Part shown: in pieces, positions 1-9,344 of the stretch
Numbering within the stretch: the stretch's first letter is position 1
How the letters are laid out: the number at the start of each line of letters is the position of its first letter
From: Patescibacteria group bacterium
GTDB taxonomy: Bacteria > Patescibacteriota > Dojkabacteria > GCA-002793355
DNA: 64,000 nucleotides
NCBI GenBank assembly: GCA_016860985.1
Contig: BOKM01000001.1
Span: 719,462 to 783,461 of the forward strand
Direction: 5' to 3'
Notes under the pieces: generated by a model
Database searches by the model: none
The model's input: the letters and a program-made list of their open reading frames with translations, nothing else
What the model was told of the DNA's origin: nothing
Made by a program: the position numbers and the translations under genes

Positions 1-809
1 GTTGCTGCGGAGTAGATACCAAGTGTAAAGGCTGTTGTTAACCAAGGCATAATGACCTTGTCTATTTTCATATAGATGTTGGAGCCAAGCCCCGAAAGTA
101 TAAGTGGGAGCGTTTCACGAAATAGTTTTCTGACTTTAGTCTTATCGTAAACAAGTGAAGTAAGTGTAAAGGAAAAGTATTTTCGGGCGGTGATGTAAAC
201 AAAAATTCCTCCTAGTATCGAGTCAAGCGCGTATGTGAAGAGTACCGCAGCAAGTCCTAAGTCAAAGTATATAAAGGCAACTCGAAGTACTGATGTAAAG
301 AGAAAGCTAATCTGACTCGCGATGATTGGCTTTTTCTGTTGGTGTTTTGCAAGAAACCAGATTTCGATTGATTCCAAAAAATAGAAAAGGAACTGAACCG
401 TTGCGATAACAACTAAGAAAGGCTCATATTGTGGCTGGTTAGCAAAGAGTGCGAGCGATACAGCGAAAATAAAGGCAACTATTCCTCCAAAAAGTTTTAG
501 AAAGATTGCAGCATCAACGACTTTTCTTTCTTCTTCAGGGTGCGCAGCAACGTCCCTAATAATAAGGGAATTAACCCCCATGTTAGCGATTGGTCCAAAG
601 AGTGCAGCGTATGCCGTAAGCGCGCTTAATACACCATATTTTTCTGGCCCTAAGTAACGCGTAACGAGGGCACCTGTAAAAACGCTGATACCAAGCCGCA
701 CTATTTTATCGCCGGCAAGCCACGTTACACCTTTTAGCGCTAATTTTTTTGTACTAGATTGAGGGAGAACTTTCGCAACAAGATTCTGAATGGGAGAAAG
801 GATGTTCAT
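1..809 (-). CDS. Wzx-like oligosaccharide flippase (3' end runs off window)
   Basis: Manual translation from ATG 809: MNILSPIQN...KGVTWLAGDKIVRLGISVFTGALVTRYLGPEKYG..., typical flippase N-terminus, hydrophobic; absent from ORF track because it is truncated. Confidence 0.85.
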   Translation of the reverse strand, partial: MNILSPIQNLVAKVLPQSSTKKLALKGVTWLAGDKIVRLGISVFTGALVTRYLGPEKYGVLSALTAYAALFGPIANMGVNSLIIRDVAAHPEEERKVVDAAIFLKLFGGIVAFIFAVSLALFANQPQYEPFLVVIATVQFLFYFLESIEIWFLAKHQQKKPIIASQISFLFTSVLRVAFIYFDLGLAAVLFTYALDSILGGIFVYITARKYFSFTLTSLVYDKTKVRKLFRETLPLILSGLGSNIYMKIDKVIMPWLTTAFTLGIYSAA

Positions 810-815
810 GTTTGA

Positions 816-2147
816 TTATACGATACTTTTGTTTGATCTGTGGAGCAAAGTTAAAAGATAAATACTTGGAAGAAGATGAAGAAGCAATCGACTAAACGAA
901 GTCGAGATATGCCAAACCATATCGTGTGGGGTAATAAGGTAGATGAGCATGTACAAAATGAATTGCCCTGCGATGAGTAACTGTGCAATATTTCGCTTTT
1001 GGTCTTTTCTTGGAATAAGGAGGAGAACAATAGCAGGAACGAGCAAAATTCCAAAACGATAACCATCGAGCAATCGAGGCATTACCTCTGTAATTAATAG
1101 GGGGATTCGTGTGATTACTTCAGAGAATAGTGGTGCCCCCACAACATCATTCTCTATACCAAGTTGCATTGTTGTAATTTTCCATGCAAGTAAGGGGAGC
1201 GAGAAGATTCCGGCACCGATTACTACAGGAAGGTATAGTTTGAACGAGCTTTTACTGAGTTTATGCGCTTGGAATATCTGCCACATTGCGAGCAGAGTAA
1301 CGATAATAAGAAATGGTTGCCCCTCGTTTTTGATTGTTGCTGCGAATAGTCCTGCTGCAATTGCAAGTAGTTGGGTCTTTGCTGTGTGGCTACTGGTTGC
1401 AAGCAGTGAGACCGAAACAAGAATCGCTAAGCTTAAAGGAACATCTGAAAGTCCGACCCATCCTTGGCGCAGATATTCTGGTGTTCCAACCAAAAGAAGC
1501 GCAAGGATAAGTGCAAATGGTCTTTTTACCGAGGTGTATGTAGTGATTGCCCAGAATAATCCCAACCCAAGCATGAAAAAGATGGTCATAGAAAAAATAC
1601 CCACCGCAGGTTCCCAAAAATGACCAATCGGACGCATTAAATCAGCGTAAAGTATAGGCATTGAAAGAGGATAGTCTTGGTGCGTGTAGGTAAAAATTGG
1701 ATTTTTTAGCTGTGCGAAAAATGCTTCGTGTCCTAAAAATATCCCTTTTGCCTTGAGCATCCATATCCCGCGCGCGTCGTTTGCAAGTATTGCGTGTGTA
1801 CTTACACTCAGTACGCTCACAATATATAAAACCGCAGTAACGACTTTGGCGAGAACATTTGTAAAAAATAATTTTGACAGGAACTTTTTTTCATAAATAA
1901 GAAAAAAGAGAATCGCAGCGATGGCTAAAACCCAAACAAGGAGAGTCGCAAAGGAGAGCTGCTTTAAGATGAGGCCAAATGTCAGGATACCTGCACTAAG
2001 TGCTGCACCCGCTGTAAAGCTATACACAGTAAAAAGCGATATTGGGAGGTTTTCTGTCAACATTTTTTTGCGTTGTGCAATTCGAATTCCAGTTGCGCCA
2101 ATAGCAAAATATTTTGCAATTCCAATTAACGTAAAGAGAACTTCCAT
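816..2147 (-). CDS. Multi-pass membrane protein, probable GT-C fold glycosyltransferase
   Basis: About 12 TM segments with a periplasmic loop DARGIW..KAK and motifs DYP and KNEG; context with GT2/GtrA; start reassigned to ATG 2147. Confidence 0.6.
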   Translation of the reverse strand: MEVLFTLIGIAKYFAIGATGIRIAQRKKMLTENLPISLFTVYSFTAGAALSAGILTFGLILKQLSFATLLVWVLAIAAILFFLIYEKKFLSKLFFTNVLAKVVTAVLYIVSVLSVSTHAILANDARGIWMLKAKGIFLGHEAFFAQLKNPIFTYTHQDYPLSMPILYADLMRPIGHFWEPAVGIFSMTIFFMLGLGLFWAITTYTSVKRPFALILALLLVGTPEYLRQGWVGLSDVPLSLAILVSVSLLATSSHTAKTQLLAIAAGLFAATIKNEGQPFLIIVTLLAMWQIFQAHKLSKSSFKLYLPVVIGAGIFSLPLLAWKITTMQLGIENDVVGAPLFSEVITRIPLLITEVMPRLLDGYRFGILLVPAIVLLLIPRKDQKRNIAQLLIAGQFILYMLIYLITPHDMVWHISTSFSRLLLHLLPSIYLLTLLHRSNKSIV

Positions 2148-2148
2148 G

Positions 2149-2616
2149 TTATTTTTTATTGATGAGGTAAAGATAATATTCTGCATGTGGGTGAAGCTCA
2201 ATACCTGAAGCTTTTAATGCGGGTTGTTGGAAGGGGCTAACGATAATGGCTTGTGTCTCGTTTTGGCTTAAGCGGGAAATTGCCTCTGCATGGTTTAGGT
2301 GGTCCAAGATAAAAACTTCCTTTGGATAGGCAAGATACGTTGTTTGAATTCGTTGCCAAGAGGTTACCGTTGCTGAAGAATCTGGGTTATCAGAAATAAA
2401 ATAGAGGAGTGCGTTTGGGTACTGTTCGATTGCTTGGGTTATTGGGTTGTATCGATCTGATTTTCGGTATGCAACAGAAAAAGATTGATTCGCTATAAGG
2501 CTTGTGGCAGTTTGAGCTAACGCTTTTGTTCGATTATATATAAAAGGAAGGAGACAAATGACAGCTAGCGCAAAAAGTGGGATATATTGAAAAAGCGTAC
2601 GCCATTTCGTTTTCAT
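2149..2616 (-). CDS. Hypothetical membrane-anchored protein
   Basis: Start reassigned to ATG 2616 (MKTKWRTLF), which has TGtTATACT 5 nt upstream; one N-terminal TM. Confidence 0.6.
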   Translation of the reverse strand: MKTKWRTLFQYIPLFALAVICLLPFIYNRTKALAQTATSLIANQSFSVAYRKSDRYNPITQAIEQYPNALLYFISDNPDSSATVTSWQRIQTTYLAYPKEVFILDHLNHAEAISRLSQNETQAIIVSPFQQPALKASGIELHPHAEYYLYLINKK

Positions 2617-2689
2617 AAGAGAGTATAACAAAAATCCCATAATTCGCGAAGGTAGACAGCTCCGAATAACATTGCTACTATACGGGAGT

Positions 2690-3406
2690 ATGAAACTCTC
2701 ACTTATTATGCCCGCACGCAACGAGCAACATACTCTTCGTGAAATTGTCGAAAAAGTTGTACAAACGCTCGCAGGGATAGACTTCGAATTGATTATGGTT
2801 AACGACGGTTCTACCGATGAAACGTTGTCCCTCATGAAGGAACTTCAAAATAAGTACGGCAGCCGGCTCGAAATTATTGATAAGGCTCACTCCGGAAAGT
2901 CGCAAACAGTTAAACAAGGAATTCTCGCAAGCAAAGGTGAATATGTCGTCATTCAAGATGCCGATATGGAATATGAACCAGCAGACTTATTAGTTATGCT
3001 CGAAAAGATTCAAAACGAAGGACTTGATGTGCTGTACGGCAATCGGTTCGGGCTTAAAAATGAAGTGGTCTACTTCCAAAACTGGCTTGGGAATACTGCA
3101 TTGAGTTTTTTGTCGGCAGTTATTACAGGTTTCCGTGCAAATATGTGGCCACGAGATATGGAAGTATGTTACAAAATGGCCAAAGGAGACCTCTTCCGTT
3201 CACTTGCAAAAGGTTTAGTCGCAACCACAAATTTTGGTTTTGAACCCGAGATAACCGCAAAATTCTCTAAAGTAAAAGGTGTTAAATTTGCGCAAGTACC
3301 GATACACTATTATCCAAGAACCATAGCAGAAGGAAAGAAAATGAACGCGTTAAAGCACGGTATTGAGGCATTGAAAGAGATTATTACCTACAATTTTGGC
3401 AAATAA
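2690..3406 (+). CDS. GT2 glycosyltransferase (polyprenol-phosphate sugar synthase-like)
   Basis: IMPARNE, VNDGSTD, IQDADMEY, DMEVCYK, FGFEPEIT motifs. Confidence 0.93.
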   Translation: MKLSLIMPARNEQHTLREIVEKVVQTLAGIDFELIMVNDGSTDETLSLMKELQNKYGSRLEIIDKAHSGKSQTVKQGILASKGEYVVIQDADMEYEPADLLVMLEKIQNEGLDVLYGNRFGLKNEVVYFQNWLGNTALSFLSAVITGFRANMWPRDMEVCYKMAKGDLFRSLAKGLVATTNFGFEPEITAKFSKVKGVKFAQVPIHYYPRTIAEGKKMNALKHGIEALKEIITYNFGK

Positions 3407-3868
3407 ATGAACCGTTCAATTCTTGGTCAGGTAAAAAACTTTGTAGTAAGCAAACGCTCATTCTTCCTTTATATTACGATTGGTTTTACAGGGCTCACAC
3501 TTGATCTTATCAGTTTTATATTGATGGTACGGTTTTTGCACGTCAGTGAATATGTTGCTAATCCGATTTCGATGTCTGTCGGTATTATCAACAATTTTTT
3601 CCTTAATGCATACTTTAATTTTAAACAAACTGACAAGCTACTCGCTCGTCTTGCTTCCTTTTATCTCGTTGGTTTAACGGGGATAGTGGTAGGCAACGTG
3701 TTTCTATGGCTATTCAATGACGTTTTGGGGCATTCTTTATTTGAAATTCTCTCCTTTTTCTCACCAATTTTGGCAAAGTACCAACTTGAGTTAGTTAAGG
3801 CAGCATCAATTGTTTTTATCGCAATTATGCAATATTTCTTGAATAAACGATTCTCTTTTAAGAAGTAG
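3407..3868 (+). CDS. GtrA-family lipid-linked sugar translocase
   Basis: Four TM, NNFFLNAYFNF and QYFLNKRFSF; directly follows GT2. Confidence 0.88.
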   Translation: MNRSILGQVKNFVVSKRSFFLYITIGFTGLTLDLISFILMVRFLHVSEYVANPISMSVGIINNFFLNAYFNFKQTDKLLARLASFYLVGLTGIVVGNVFLWLFNDVLGHSLFEILSFFSPILAKYQLELVKAASIVFIAIMQYFLNKRFSFKK

Positions 3869-3885
3869 TGTGCTATCGTTCTTAG

Positions 3886-4833
3886 ATGAATGCAGCGATT
3901 GAAGTTAGGAATCTGATAAAAAGATATGCAAAGTCTCCGGTGAATGCAGTAGATAATATTAGTTTTTCTGTAAAAGAAGGAGAATTCTTTGCATTTTTGG
4001 GTCCAAACGGTGCGGGAAAAACGACTGCTATTTCAGTTCTTACAACTACTTTGGCTAAAACATCTGGAGAAGTACAGGTGGCAGGGTATGATATTGCGAC
4101 ACAAGCAGCACAAGTGCGCCAAAACATTGGAATCATTTTTCAAAATCCGAGTCTCGACAAAAACCTTACGGCAGAAGAGAATATTAGATTTCATGCAGTT
4201 TTATATGGCCTATATCCCTTTAGCCCATTCTTTTCATGGATGCCAAATGAGTACAAACAAAAGGTAAAGGAACTATCAGAACTTATTGGAATTAGCGATG
4301 CCCTCGATAAACCAGTAAAAACTTTCTCGGGCGGAATGAAGCGAAAGCTAGAGATAGTACGAAGTTTGCTCCACAATCCTAAAGTACTTTTTCTGGATGA
4401 ACCAACAACAGGGTTAGATCCAGCAAGTAGAAAAAGTTTATGGGAATATATATTGCAAGTCAGAAAAACTCAGGGAACTACAATATTCCTTACCACTCAC
4501 TATTTAGATGAAGCCGAAGGTGCGGATAGAGTAGTGGTCATTAACAAGGGCAAAATCATTGCAGATGGCACGCCTCAGGCTTTAAAGCGCGAACTTACCA
4601 AAAATTTTATGCGAGTGACTCCAAAGACATTGTCAAAATTTGTAAAAGAGCTGCAATCTCTTGGAATTGAATACTCCGTAGAAGGGATTCATGTGAATAT
4701 TCCAATAAAGAATGCTGGTGTCGACGTCCAAAAACTCCTGAAAACAATAGAATCTGAGCTTGTTGATATCGATATTCACTCACCCTCTCTAAACGATGCC
4801 TACATTCAATTAATAACAACTGAACATGAATAG
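3886..4833 (+). CDS. ABC-2 exporter ATP-binding subunit (DrrA-like)
   Basis: Walker A GPNGAGKT, signature FSGGMK, Walker B LFLDEPT, TTHY. Confidence 0.95.
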   Translation: MNAAIEVRNLIKRYAKSPVNAVDNISFSVKEGEFFAFLGPNGAGKTTAISVLTTTLAKTSGEVQVAGYDIATQAAQVRQNIGIIFQNPSLDKNLTAEENIRFHAVLYGLYPFSPFFSWMPNEYKQKVKELSELIGISDALDKPVKTFSGGMKRKLEIVRSLLHNPKVLFLDEPTTGLDPASRKSLWEYILQVRKTQGTTIFLTTHYLDEAEGADRVVVINKGKIIADGTPQALKRELTKNFMRVTPKTLSKFVKELQSLGIEYSVEGIHVNIPIKNAGVDVQKLLKTIESELVDIDIHSPSLNDAYIQLITTEHE

Positions 4834-5617
4834 ACTTAGAACACGGCTCTCTGTAATTGCCACCATTGCATATAGAGATGTGATGAAATTTTTGCGCGAC
4901 CGAATGAGAATAATTTTCAGTTTTGTTTTTCCCGTAATGTTTGTTGGTGTGTTGGGTGGAGGGCTTCAGTCCAGTTTAGGTGCAGCGTCTGGCAAAGACT
5001 TACTCACTATGACTTTTTTGGGAGTACTAGCACAAACACTTTTTCAATCGACAGCCTCTGGTATCATCTCGCTCATAAACGACCGCGAAAATGATTTTAG
5101 CCAAGAAATTTTCGTATCACCCACCAGCAGGTATGCAATTATTTTCGGGAAAATAGTAGGTGAGTCTACCATTTCATTTCTTCAGGTTGTGGGAATCCTT
5201 ATCTTTGGCGCAGTAATTGGAATTAAAATTACACTGGTTGGTTTGCTCGCAATATTTCCTGCGATGGTCGCAGCAGCGCTACTTGGGGGAGCCTTTGGTA
5301 TTTTAGTACTCGGTAATTTAAATAACGAACGGACAGCGAATCAAATCTTTCCTTTTCTTGTTATGCCTCAGCTCTTTTTATCTGGCGTATTTGTTCCTCT
5401 GGCAGGTACTTCTGGGTTATTACTTACGCTTGCAAAGTTTATGCCGCTCACATACGCAGTTGATTTAATGCGCGGAATGTATTTTCTTAATGACGTAAAT
5501 GCACAAAAAGATTTGCTCCATTCTCCTTTGGTGAATGCGCTCGTTATCGCTGCGATGTTTACTGTTTTCTTGACTATTGGTACCATTCTCTTTGTAAAAA
5601 AAGAGAAAGAACGATAG
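4826..5617 (+). CDS. ABC-2 exporter permease
   Basis: Six TM, FLSGVFVP and PLTYAVD motifs; overlaps the ATPase gene. Confidence 0.92.
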   Translation: MNRLRTRLSVIATIAYRDVMKFLRDRMRIIFSFVFPVMFVGVLGGGLQSSLGAASGKDLLTMTFLGVLAQTLFQSTASGIISLINDRENDFSQEIFVSPTSRYAIIFGKIVGESTISFLQVVGILIFGAVIGIKITLVGLLAIFPAMVAAALLGGAFGILVLGNLNNERTANQIFPFLVMPQLFLSGVFVPLAGTSGLLLTLAKFMPLTYAVDLMRGMYFLNDVNAQKDLLHSPLVNALVIAAMFTVFLTIGTILFVKKEKER

Positions 5618-5624
5618 AAAACTA

Positions 5625-6230
5625 TTACTTATTTTGGTCAGTTTCTAAATAGCGTGAGTCAATGTTGTACAACTTGGCAATATAGGAGGAAACCGAGAGA
5701 AAGTTCCGTCCTTGTGGCGTTAGCATGTATTTTTCCTCTTGTTGTTTGATATTATTTGAAGCCAGTTGCTCATTTATTCGTCTTCCAACAGCGTCAAACT
5801 CGTTAACATATTCTTGGACAAATATCGTCTGCATCTGTTCTTTTGTGATGCCTTGTGAATTCTCCGAGCTATTCATTCTTGAGAGAAGAAAAGTCGAAAC
5901 TGAGCGGTCCAGAGTAACTGGCACCAGAATAAAAAAACAAAGATGTAGTGAGGCAACCGCAATAACAGAAGAAAAATATGTCTCTACAGAAGGTATCTGT
6001 GCAGTTTGAATACCTCGCTTCTTTAGTAACTGTACCGTAGCATAAAAGGATAATAAGGTAAGCAGTGTTGCGGTAACAATAATAATGATACCGCGGTAAA
6101 ACAAAATGACATGACCAAAAAAGGGTGTTTGGAAAAGAAGGAACACACATAATGTCAAAAATAGTGCAGCTAACATGTAACTGGCTAGAAGGGTAATCAC
6201 CCGCTGTTTGATGGTCATAGGTATGAACAA
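5625..6230 (-). CDS. Hypothetical membrane protein
   Basis: Three TM, then VPVTLDRSVS and YMLTPQG (wHTH-like tail). Confidence 0.65.
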   Translation of the reverse strand: MFIPMTIKQRVITLLASYMLAALFLTLCVFLLFQTPFFGHVILFYRGIIIIVTATLLTLLSFYATVQLLKKRGIQTAQIPSVETYFSSVIAVASLHLCFFILVPVTLDRSVSTFLLSRMNSSENSQGITKEQMQTIFVQEYVNEFDAVGRRINEQLASNNIKQQEEKYMLTPQGRNFLSVSSYIAKLYNIDSRYLETDQNK

Positions 6231-6312
6231 AATCTAATTGTATTTACACTATCATTTTTTCACTGAAGTATAAACTGCTTGGAAAACATGAGCATTTGAG
6301 TTACAGTAGAGT

Positions 6313-7764
6313 GTGAAAAAGCATTTGGCAACGGTACTTTTGGTAGTTGGAGCAATCGTTTACATGCTCTTGCTCACGAGAGGGTATGTCGGTTTGCATA
6401 GCGACTCAGTTGCCTACCTGTCGGCTGCTGAAAACCTTGTGACAGGAAGAGGGCTTACAATTTATCGATTGTTTGAGAACTCTACGCCACTTTCGAGTTT
6501 CCCTTTTTTGTATCCAATCCTACTTGCTCCTTTTCGTAGTATGCCACTCTTTGGTATTTTTCTTTTAAACTCGATTAGTTTTTTTATCTTCTCTCACTCA
6601 CTAATTAAAATAATTACATTACTGGTTAAGGATTCAAGTAAGTTGAAGACAGCCATTCTTTATGCACTAGTTGTTGTTGGAGCTCCAATAATTTACGCTT
6701 ACTCGATGGCATTAACGGAGCCACTTTTTCTGGCTGCAGTTTTCTTTTTATTACGTCTGATTCTAGAAGGGAAGTTAGAAGGCAAACGCTTGTTTGTCGT
6801 AGTCTTGCTCTCTTCGTTATTACCTCTTTTGCGCTATGCAGGTGTGTTTGTATGGCTTTTTGTCGGAGGTTTATTACTTGTTCAAGCAGATTCGCTAAAA
6901 CTCAAAATAAAGCATGTTGCAGTTTATAGTTCATCCTGTATTCCTTTGCTCTTATGGTTCTTGTACTTACGTTCTCTTGGTGCGGAATCAAGGCAGTTAG
7001 TTTCTGATCCCTTAACTCTTGATTTCTTAGTGGTTGCGGCAAAAACAATGTGGATGTGGGTGTTTCCTGCTGGAACTCTCGGACTTGGTATTGGCAGCGC
7101 GTTTTTAGTGGTGGCTGCCTACGGTATGTATTCCTCGTTGAAAAATAAGAATAGAGAAGCAGTAATTCTGCTCTGGTTTTTTACTTCGTATATTCTGTTT
7201 ATTATTGCGAGTTACGCCTTTTTTGATAGAGCAATTGCCTCTGATTTCCAGAGAATACTTACTCCACTTTTTCCAATTGTGATTATGCTTGTTGGCGCAG
7301 CGCTTTTTTCAATCACAAAGGTGTGGGTACGGCGTGTAGGAATAGTCCTGCTTTCGGTAATGGTAGTGTCGATTCATATGGGAACTGGCGTAAAATTGAT
7401 TCAAAATGGTCCACCGTTATCTTACAGAACTTGGCAGAAAAATGATTTGGTCGCGTATGTTAGGGAGAATAGAGAAAAATTCAATTTTGTAAGTAATGCG
7501 TGGGAACCACTGTATGTGTATGCAGGTGCTTATGTAGATAGAATACCCGTAAAAGGGCAAGAAAAACGAGATAAGACTACGGAATACTTTAAACGCGCAC
7601 TAGATCGAGATAAGCCCTTGGTCTTTGTGTTCGCAAAAAATCACCCAAAGTTTAATTATCTGAGTAGTCCCGAGTCGCTTGGGGAATTTTATGAGCTCTC
7701 GCTGCTCGAAGAGTTTCCTGAAGGGACGGTCTACCAAATTCAAGAGAAAAGAGATGTCCCGTAA
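6313..7764 (+). CDS. Multi-pass membrane protein, probable GT-C (ArnT/PMT-like) glycosyltransferase
   Basis: DSVAYLSAAENL, FPFLYP, LTEPLF, LRYAG motifs; many TM. Confidence 0.7.
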   Translation: MKKHLATVLLVVGAIVYMLLLTRGYVGLHSDSVAYLSAAENLVTGRGLTIYRLFENSTPLSSFPFLYPILLAPFRSMPLFGIFLLNSISFFIFSHSLIKIITLLVKDSSKLKTAILYALVVVGAPIIYAYSMALTEPLFLAAVFFLLRLILEGKLEGKRLFVVVLLSSLLPLLRYAGVFVWLFVGGLLLVQADSLKLKIKHVAVYSSSCIPLLLWFLYLRSLGAESRQLVSDPLTLDFLVVAAKTMWMWVFPAGTLGLGIGSAFLVVAAYGMYSSLKNKNREAVILLWFFTSYILFIIASYAFFDRAIASDFQRILTPLFPIVIMLVGAALFSITKVWVRRVGIVLLSVMVVSIHMGTGVKLIQNGPPLSYRTWQKNDLVAYVRENREKFNFVSNAWEPLYVYAGAYVDRIPVKGQEKRDKTTEYFKRALDRDKPLVFVFAKNHPKFNYLSSPESLGEFYELSLLEEFPEGTVYQIQEKRDVP

Positions 7765-7803
7765 CACGTTGCGATTGCGCGTAACTGTGCTATAATTCCC
7801 ACT

Positions 7804-8223
7804 ATGGCAAAGAGAAAAACAGAAGAAACAATTATCAATGTGGTTCGAAAACCAGTGCCATATGAAATGGTCGTCGTTTTCAAGCCTTTTTTACCCGATA
7901 AAGTCCGCAACGAAGCAGACTCAAAGGTAGAGCAGATCATTACTGATGCAAATGGATCAGTATCCCTCAGAGATATCTGGGGTAAGCGATATCTTGCATA
8001 CGAACTTGATAAGCATGTAGAAGGATACTATGTAATGTATCAATTCGAAGCACCTGCAGCATCAATGGATGGTATCAAGAAGTTGATGAACCGACATCAG
8101 GAGATCCTCCGATATTTGGTCATCAAAAAAGATGCAAAAGAAGGCACAGCAACAAAGATAAAAGTTAAAAAAACAATTACTCGCGAAGAGTCGGAAAGCA
8201 AAAAGAAAGTGAGTAAGTCATAG
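7804..8223 (+). CDS. rpsF: 30S ribosomal protein S6
   Basis: YEMVVVF..P, WGKRYLAY, EGYY, ILRYLV; rpsF-ssb-rpsR order. Confidence 0.95.
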   Translation: MAKRKTEETIINVVRKPVPYEMVVVFKPFLPDKVRNEADSKVEQIITDANGSVSLRDIWGKRYLAYELDKHVEGYYVMYQFEAPAASMDGIKKLMNRHQEILRYLVIKKDAKEGTATKIKVKKTITREESESKKKVSKS

Positions 8224-8277
8224 TTGCGACATCTTCATTCGAAGAGTACAGTAGAGTATAAACTAATTCTAAACAAT

Positions 8278-8775
8278 GTGAGATCTGTAAACAAAGTGAT
8301 TTTGGTAGGAAACGCAACTCGAGACGGAGAAGTTAGTTATACAAAAAGTGGTATTGCATTATGTAACTTTACAGTCGCCACAAACCGCGCATGGAAAGAT
8401 GCAAATGGAGAGTGGAAAGATGAAGCAAGCTTTCACAATGTAACGGCATGGGGTAAATTCGGTGAGAGTCTCTCAAAATCGTTGCAAAAAGGAATGAAGG
8501 TTTACGTAGAAGGTACCCTAACGTACTATGAAAAAAGAGATGAAGCAGGAAAATTGATTAGCAAAGATGCTCGTATTCGTGCAGACTCCGTTGTCTTACT
8601 TGATAAATCCGGAAGACCAGGTGCCAGTGAAGATTTTGAGGGTGGACAAAGTGAAAGCTCAAAACAAGGGGCTGACTTTGATGTCGATGCAGTTGCACAA
8701 GGTTTAGACGAAGCAAAATCTGCAGGTGGTAAGGCAGCACCTGCACCTATTTCTGATGACGATCTGCCATTTTAA
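8278..8775 (+). CDS. ssb: Single-stranded DNA-binding protein
   Basis: GTG start (MRSVNKVILVGN), C-terminal DDDLPF. Confidence 0.97.
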   Translation: MRSVNKVILVGNATRDGEVSYTKSGIALCNFTVATNRAWKDANGEWKDEASFHNVTAWGKFGESLSKSLQKGMKVYVEGTLTYYEKRDEAGKLISKDARIRADSVVLLDKSGRPGASEDFEGGQSESSKQGADFDVDAVAQGLDEAKSAGGKAAPAPISDDDLPF

Positions 8776-8840
8776 GATTTGCGATTATTGCGAGCGAAAG
8801 CGAGCAGTGAAAGATATTATTTAAAAAGCCAAAAGATACT

Positions 8841-9221
8841 ATGGTTAAAAGAGTAAAAGACATGTCCGTATCTGTGGGAACAGATAGTGCTAAGGCCGAC
8901 ATTAAGCGCACACTTTCAGATGTCGCGCAGGTTGATACACTCGTGTCTATCGAGACGGAATCAGGAAGTGACGAACGTCGTCACGGACAACAGGCAATGG
9001 TGCCAGACACCTGCCCAGTGTGCGATATGAGATTAGGAAAGCATGACATTAAATATTATGATGTTGCTTTATTGAAAAAATTCATGTCGGTTCGTGGAAA
9101 AATTATCCCACGAAGCAAGTCTGGTGTTTGTGCATCACATCAGAGAGCACTGAAAGAAGCAATTAACAGAGCTCGATACCTCGCATTGTTGCCATACGTA
9201 GATTTGGGAACACAAGGCTAA
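8841..9221 (+). CDS. rpsR: 30S ribosomal protein S18 with long N-terminal extension
   Basis: CPVC...[37 protein letters not shown]. Confidence 0.95.
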   Translation: MVKRVKDMSVSVGTDSAKADIKRTLSDVAQVDTLVSIETESGSDERRHGQQAMVPDTCPVCDMRLGKHDIKYYDVALLKKFMSVRGKIIPRSKSGVCASHQRALKEAINRARYLALLPYVDLGTQG

Positions 9222-9238
9222 TAGCTTTTAGTAAGGTT

Positions 9239-9279
9239 AAACGGCTGTACTTCGAAAATGAGGTGCAGCCGTTTTTTTG
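9239..9279 (+). terminator. Intrinsic terminator after rpsF-ssb-rpsR
   Basis: ACGGCTGTACTTC-GAAAAT-GAGGTGCAGCCGT stem (13 bp with G-U pairs) followed by a T tract. Confidence 0.85.
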
Positions 9280-9344
9280 TCTTGTAAAACATTGTCGGTC
9301 AAATTGTAAGGGAATCTATTTTGGAATTCTGATACAATGGACTC

